Part shown: positions 41,457 through 45,499 of the stretch, piece by piece | How the letters are laid out: the number at the start of each line of letters is the position of its first letter | Position numbering within the stretch: position 1 is the stretch's first letter | The notes under the pieces: generated by a model | Told to the model about the DNA's origin: nothing | Seen by the model: only the letters and a program-made list of their open reading frames with translations | Databases searched by the model: none | Assembly (NCBI GenBank): GCA_040382135.1 | Contig: JBEIGA010000002.1 | Location: 1 to 45,499, forward strand | Reading direction: 5' to 3' | From: Acidimicrobiales bacterium | GTDB lineage: Bacteria > Actinomycetota > Acidimicrobiia > Acidimicrobiales > JBEIGA01 | Length of the DNA stretch: 45,499 bases | Made by a program: the position numbers and the translations under genes

Positions 41457-43518
41457 CCCGCGTCACCGCGACCGGCACCCCGGACTGCTGCACCATGCCG
41501 GTGAACGGGTCCGCTCCGGACCCGGAGAGCAGCGCCCCCACCCGGGTGGCGACGAACCCGTGCGGCAGGGAGACGACGCCCTGCAGCATGCCCTCGTCCA
41601 CCCGGGCGACGCCGGAGGTGGCGCCGTGTGCGGAGCGGACGACCACGGCGTCCCCGTCGGCGATGCCGTACTGCGCTGCGTCGTCCGGGTTGAGGAGCAC
41701 CAGCGGCTGCTCGGGGCGACCACCGGGCGCCGCGACGCCGCGCAGTTGGGAGTTCATGGTCCGCATCAGCCGACGCGGCACGAGCACGAGGGGCAGGTCG
41801 GCCGCAGCGGGCGACCCGCCGACCGGGGTCGAGAGCCGTTCCAGCTCGGCGACCAACTCGGTCGGGGCGACGCGCCACCGGCCTTCGGGCAGCACGCGCT
41901 CGTGCACCCAGCCCCGCACCACCCGTTCGGCCTCGACGGCCGTGGGCGCAGCACGCAGCTCGTCGAACGACATGCGTCCACGGCTGCAGAACGACGCGAG
42001 CAGGTCGTCCTCCCCGACGGCGTCCGGGTCCGCACCGCCGGGGAGCACCTCGGTGCCGAGGCGACGGGCGATCTGCGCGCAGATCCACCAGACCGGCTTG
42101 CGGTCGGCGCCGGGCGCCAGGACCGCCGGCGTGTACTGGCTCGCCACCCCCGGGTAGTACTGCTCGACGTAGTCGGGCACGTCGGCGCGCTCGAGCTGGC
42201 CGGTGCTGGGCAACACGTGGGTCGCGAGCGCCGTGGTGTCGGTGTCGACGACGTCGATCACGGCCAGCAGGTCGAGCGACGCGAGGGCCGCGTCGAGGCG
42301 GGCGCCGCCGGGCAGGGCGTTGGCGGGGTTGCCCCCGATCACGACGAGCCCCCGCAGGTTCCCGGCCTCGATCTCGTCGACGAGGGCACCGCTCGGGTAC
42401 TCGCCGTAGAAGCCGGGGAGGTCCGGCCGGCTGGGCGCGCCGGGGTACTCGACCCGGGTGGCGGGGCTCGGGCGGATGTCGCGCCGGTCGAAGCAGCGCA
42501 TGAACCCCGGGTTGAACCACAGCCCACCGGGCTGCTCGTAGCTGCCCGTGACGACGCCGAGGCACCACAGCAGCCATTCCGTGGCCGTGGCGGTGCGCGC
42601 CATGGTGGTGCCGGTGCCGGTCATCGCCGCCACCCGCCGGTGGCGCCGGATGGCCGCGAGGAGGTTGTCGACGTCGGCGCCGTCGAGGCCGGTCTCGGCG
42701 ACGACGCGCTCACGGTCGAACGGGGCCACGGCGGCGGCGAGGGCCTCGACCCCCACGGCGTGGCGCGCCAGGTAGTCGTGGTCGGCGCCACCATCGGGGC
42801 CGAGCAGCTCCCGCACGAGGTGCGCGAACAGGACGAAGTCCGTGCCGGGGCGTGGCGCGAGGTGCCGGGAGGCGAGGCGTGCCGTCTCGCTGCGGCGAGG
42901 ATCGACCACCCACAGCTCACGGGGGGCGGCCGACAGGTGCCGTACCCGGTGCACCGGGTCGGGGACCGATGTCGTGTGCCCGTGGCTCACCACCGGGTTG
43001 AAGCCGACGAAGATCGTGAGCCCGGCCGTCTCGTAGTCGATGGCGGGCATCAGGCCCGAGGTCCCGGCCATCAGGTCGGACACGATCGGCCGGCAGGGCG
43101 TGTCGATGGTGACGGCGGTGTAGCGCGAGCGGGAACCGAACGCGGCGAACATCTTGTGCGCGAACCGCCCGCCGAGGGCGTCGAAGGACATCGCCGTGGC
43201 CATGTACATGCCGACGGCGTCCTTGCCGTGCTCCGCCTGGAGGGCCGCGATGCGCGTGGCGACGTCGTCGAGGGCCTCGGTCCAGGCGACGGCACGCCGG
43301 TCACCGGCACGACCCGTCTGCGGGACGTCGAGCCGATTCGGGTGGTGGTGCCACACGCCGAGCGCCCGGCCCTTCGCGCACGTGTACCCGCGGGTGTACG
43401 GGTGCTCCGGGTCGCCCCGCACCTCGCGCACCGTGTCGCCGTCGAGCGTCACGACGACGCCACACATCGCCGAGCAGAAGCGGCAGAACGACCGCACCTG
43501 CGTGGTTGCCTCAGCCAT
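41449..43518 (-). CDS. Molybdopterin (bis-MGD) oxidoreductase family protein with N-terminal 4Fe-4S motif
   Basis: ATG 43518 preceded on the minus strand by ggagggg. CRFCSAMCGVVV...YTCAKG cysteine cluster, 689 aa. The rest of the 1014-aa ORF upstream is antisense to pheA. Confidence 0.9.
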   Translation of the reverse strand: MAEATTQVRSFCRFCSAMCGVVVTLDGDTVREVRGDPEHPYTRGYTCAKGRALGVWHHHPNRLDVPQTGRAGDRRAVAWTEALDDVATRIAALQAEHGKDAVGMYMATAMSFDALGGRFAHKMFAAFGSRSRYTAVTIDTPCRPIVSDLMAGTSGLMPAIDYETAGLTIFVGFNPVVSHGHTTSVPDPVHRVRHLSAAPRELWVVDPRRSETARLASRHLAPRPGTDFVLFAHLVRELLGPDGGADHDYLARHAVGVEALAAAVAPFDRERVVAETGLDGADVDNLLAAIRRHRRVAAMTGTGTTMARTATATEWLLWCLGVVTGSYEQPGGLWFNPGFMRCFDRRDIRPSPATRVEYPGAPSRPDLPGFYGEYPSGALVDEIEAGNLRGLVVIGGNPANALPGGARLDAALASLDLLAVIDVVDTDTTALATHVLPSTGQLERADVPDYVEQYYPGVASQYTPAVLAPGADRKPVWWICAQIARRLGTEVLPGGADPDAVGEDDLLASFCSRGRMSFDELRAAPTAVEAERVVRGWVHERVLPEGRWRVAPTELVAELERLSTPVGGSPAAADLPLVLVPRRLMRTMNSQLRGVAAPGGRPEQPLVLLNPDDAAQYGIADGDAVVVRSAHGATSGVARVDEGMLQGVVSLPHGFVATRVGALLSGSGADPFTGMVQQSGVPVAVTRAP

Positions 43519-43629
43519 GGACCCCTCCGGGGCGACGGTACCACCGGTGCGAACGGCCCGACCCCGTCGGCAGGCGTGGCCCGGGGACCCGGCGGTGCCT
43601 ATCGTGGCGCCGATGCACGGCAGGCTGCG

Positions 43630-44580
43630 ATGACGTCCACCCCGATCCCGGCCGAGGTGCCCGCGCCCCTGCCCCGCACCGGCAAGGTCGCCTACCAGGG
43701 CGAACCCGGCTCGAACTCCTACGCCGCGTGCCGGGAGGTGGTGCCCTGGCTCGAGTCGATGCCGTGCACCACCTTCGAGGACGCCTTCGCCGCCGTGGAG
43801 TCCGGGGCTGCCGAGATCGCCATGATCCCGGTGGAGAACTCCATCGCCGGGCGCGTTGCCGACATCCACCACCTGCTCCCCCAGTCGGGGCTGCACATCG
43901 TCGCCGAGCACTTCCTGCCGATCCACTTCCAGCTCATGGCGCTCCCGGGCGCCACGATCAGCGGCATCACGCGGGTGCGCAGCCACATCCACGCGCTCGG
44001 GCAGTGCCGGCGCATCATCCGGGAGCACGGCTGGGCCACCACGGTCGCCGACGACACCGCAGGTTCGGCCCGGGAGGTCGCCGAGCACGGCGATCCCACG
44101 CTCGCCGCCCTCGCTCCCGCGGCGGCCGCCGAGCTCTACGGCCTCGAGATCCTCGCCCGGGACATCGAGGACGAGCACCACAACACGACCCGCTTCGTGG
44201 TCCTCGCCCGGGGGGCCTACGAGCCGCCGCTCGACGGCACGCCGATGATCACGTCGTTCGTGTTCCGGGTCCGCAACGTCCCGGCGGCGCTCTACAAGGC
44301 CATGGGGGGCTTCGCCACCAACGGCGTGAACATGACCAAGCTCGAGAGCTACCAGCTCGGCGGCACCTTCTTCGCCACCCAGTTCTACGTGGACATCGAG
44401 GGGCACCCGAAGGAGCCCTCGGTCGACCTCGCCCTCTCCGAGCTGCGCTTCTTCAGCGTCGACCTGCGCTTCCTCGGCACCTATCCGGCCCACCCGTTCC
44501 GGGCCGAGATCGCGGAACCCGCCGACAACCGGGCGCTCCGGCCCACCGGGTCCGTCGAGGAACCGCCGCCCTCCGTGTGA
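43630..44580 (+). CDS. pheA: Prephenate dehydratase
   Basis: ATG 43630. KVAYQGEPGSNSY, MIPVENSIAGRV, SHIHALGQC, and a C-terminal ACT-like FVFRVRNVPAALYKAMGGFA. Confidence 0.9.
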   Translation: MTSTPIPAEVPAPLPRTGKVAYQGEPGSNSYAACREVVPWLESMPCTTFEDAFAAVESGAAEIAMIPVENSIAGRVADIHHLLPQSGLHIVAEHFLPIHFQLMALPGATISGITRVRSHIHALGQCRRIIREHGWATTVADDTAGSAREVAEHGDPTLAALAPAAAAELYGLEILARDIEDEHHNTTRFVVLARGAYEPPLDGTPMITSFVFRVRNVPAALYKAMGGFATNGVNMTKLESYQLGGTFFATQFYVDIEGHPKEPSVDLALSELRFFSVDLRFLGTYPAHPFRAEIAEPADNRALRPTGSVEEPPPSV

Positions 44581-44663
44581 TTCCGTTCACGCCGGGTGGC
44601 AACGCCGGCGGCGGATCGTGCACACTCCCGAGGCTGCCCTCCGACCCCCCCGCCGTCTCGCCG

Positions 44664-45050
44664 ATGCCCCCACCCCACCCGCTGCGGACCACCCTCGCCG
44701 CCGTCACGGTCACGCTCGCCGTGCTGCTCGGAGGGACCGACCGCGCCGACGCAGCGGTGATCGCCGGGCCGGAGCAGGGACCCACGACGGTCCTGGCCAC
44801 GACCGGGCCGGTCGGCATCGACGTCGACGGACGCTGGTTCGCCCTGTTCGCCGTGGCCTTCCTGCTCGTCCCGGCCCGCCGGGCCAAGCGCACGGCCGCA
44901 GCGGACGACGGTGACGCAGCCGGTGACGCGGCCGACGACGCTCCCGATGCCGGGCACGGCGCGCGGCGACCCGCCCTCCCGGCAGCCGCGCTCGACGATC
45001 TCGATCCCGAGGTCGCGACCGAGGTCCTCCGAGCCTGGGCCGACCGCTAG
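44664..45050 (+). CDS. Hypothetical signal-peptide/TM protein with acidic tail
   Basis: ATG 44664 in ORF 43506..45050, with high GC3. LAAVTVTLAVLLGGTDRADA signal-like, then WFALFAVAFLLVPARRAKR. Confidence 0.45.
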   Translation: MPPPHPLRTTLAAVTVTLAVLLGGTDRADAAVIAGPEQGPTTVLATTGPVGIDVDGRWFALFAVAFLLVPARRAKRTAAADDGDAAGDAADDAPDAGHGARRPALPAAALDDLDPEVATEVLRAWADR

Positions 45051-45072
45051 GCCCGGCCCGGGGCCCGGACGA

Positions 45073-45498
45073 TCAGGACGGGCCCATCCGGAGGCCGGCG
45101 TCGAGCCGGACCGTGGTGCCGTTGAGGTAGACGTTCTCCATCGCCGCGACGACGAACCGGCCGAGGTCGGCGGGCAGCCCGAGGCGCCGGGGGAAGACGT
45201 TCGCGTCGGCGAACCCGGCCCGGGCCTCCTCGCTCAGCGTCCCGAGCATGGGCGTGTCCATCGTGCCCGGCGCGACCGTGACCACGCGGATCCCGAGGCG
45301 GCCGAGCTCCCGGGCGATCGGCAGCGTCATCGACACGACCGCGCCCTTCGACGCGGCGTAGGCCGCCTGACCGATCTGGCCCTCGAACGCGGCGATCGAC
45401 GCCACGTTCACCACCAGACCCCGCTCCCCGTCGGCGGGGGGGGGGTTGTGCGCCCGCCCGCCCCCCCCCGGGCGCCGCACCACGAAAAAGCCCCCCAC
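45073..45498 (-). CDS. SDR-family 3-hydroxyacyl-CoA dehydrogenase type-2 (HSD10-like), 5'-partial at window edge
   Basis: NVASIAAFEGQIGQAAYAASKGAVVSMTLPIARELGRLGIRVVTVAPG...LNGTTVRLDAGLRM aligns closely by eye with HSD17B10-type enzymes. The N-terminus is missing and the last 60-70 nt look error-prone. Confidence 0.85.
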   Translation of the reverse strand: MGGFFVVRRPGGGGRAHNPPPADGERGLVVNVASIAAFEGQIGQAAYAASKGAVVSMTLPIARELGRLGIRVVTVAPGTMDTPMLGTLSEEARAGFADANVFPRRLGLPADLGRFVVAAMENVYLNGTTVRLDAGLRMGPS

Positions 45499-45499
45499 C

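Noticed and set aside
41449-43518. Checked the molybdopterin oxidoreductase for an in-frame TGA (selenocysteine), as in some formate dehydrogenases.
   Set aside because: The ORF is uninterrupted from ATG 43518 to the stop at 41449, so no recoding signal is needed.
41437-43629. The upstream 731 codons of the 1047-aa plus-strand ORF that ends as pheA, and likewise the upstream parts of ORFs 4355..6028, 4726..7092, 6132..8120, 8136..10520, 28839..32021 and 31520..33064.
   Set aside because: Only the C-terminal portions carry recognisable protein signatures, and each has a sensible start (ATGA/GTGA overlap or RBS). The N-terminal extensions are Arg/Gly/Pro junk overlapping real genes in other frames or strands.
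45427-45499. G10 (45436-45445), C9 (45461-45469), A5 and C6 homopolymer runs at the window end. Considered as G-quadruplex or regulatory tracts.
   Set aside because: They sit at the contig edge and inside the expected coding continuation of the HSD10-like SDR. The encoded GGFFVVRRPGGGGR does not resemble the family there. This is most likely end-of-contig sequencing or assembly noise.

Overview
This is a very GC-rich window (roughly 70% by eye, not computed) in actinobacterial style. It shows GTG starts, dense 4-nt ATGA/GTGA stop-start overlaps and Cys-lipobox lipoproteins. It also carries many long Arg/Pro/Gly-rich shadow ORFs in wrong frames or strands, which I discarded. I see no rRNA, no intact tRNA, no CRISPR array, no transposase and no recognisable canonical defence system. 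Layout: (i) 1-3070 is a partly lower-GC, decayed integrative-element junction. It holds a tandem ribbon-helix-helix protein, a DUF4303-like protein, a two-small-gene toxin-antitoxin-like cassette, a tRNA 3'-end remnant, an integrase N-terminal fragment and a MarR wing fragment. (ii) A PucR-family regulator (3070-4704, minus) sits divergent from (iii) 23 consecutive plus-strand genes (4766-37251). These comprise a threonine dehydratase / beta-lactamase-fold hydrolase / CysK-like / CPBP protease operon, then a 16.7-kb translationally coupled operon. That operon joins an unusually fused LIV-type ABC importer to D-stereospecific and other peptidases, a sarcosine-oxidase-like flavoenzyme and an orphan E1-like ThDP enzyme. 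After it come a metallophosphoesterase, a second D-aminoacylase, an M20 dipeptidase-AbgT-glutaminase-unknown membrane protein module, a SulP/STAS transporter and an acidic secreted protein. (iv) 37261-45499 holds envelope and housekeeping genes in mixed orientation: a membrane protein, an APPET-repeat lipoprotein, a HAD hydrolase, a PG-binding/fasciclin lipoprotein, a molybdopterin oxidoreductase, pheA and a partial HSD10-like SDR. The best candidates for new biology are the hybrid ABC importer whose LivF-type ATPase carries a full MFS-like domain, the D-peptide scavenging super-operon around it, an 18-nt motif shared by the two promoter regions next to the PucR regulator, and a Vps62-like membrane protein coupled to glutaminase. 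All functional calls rest on reading motifs in the translated ORFs. No database search was run.
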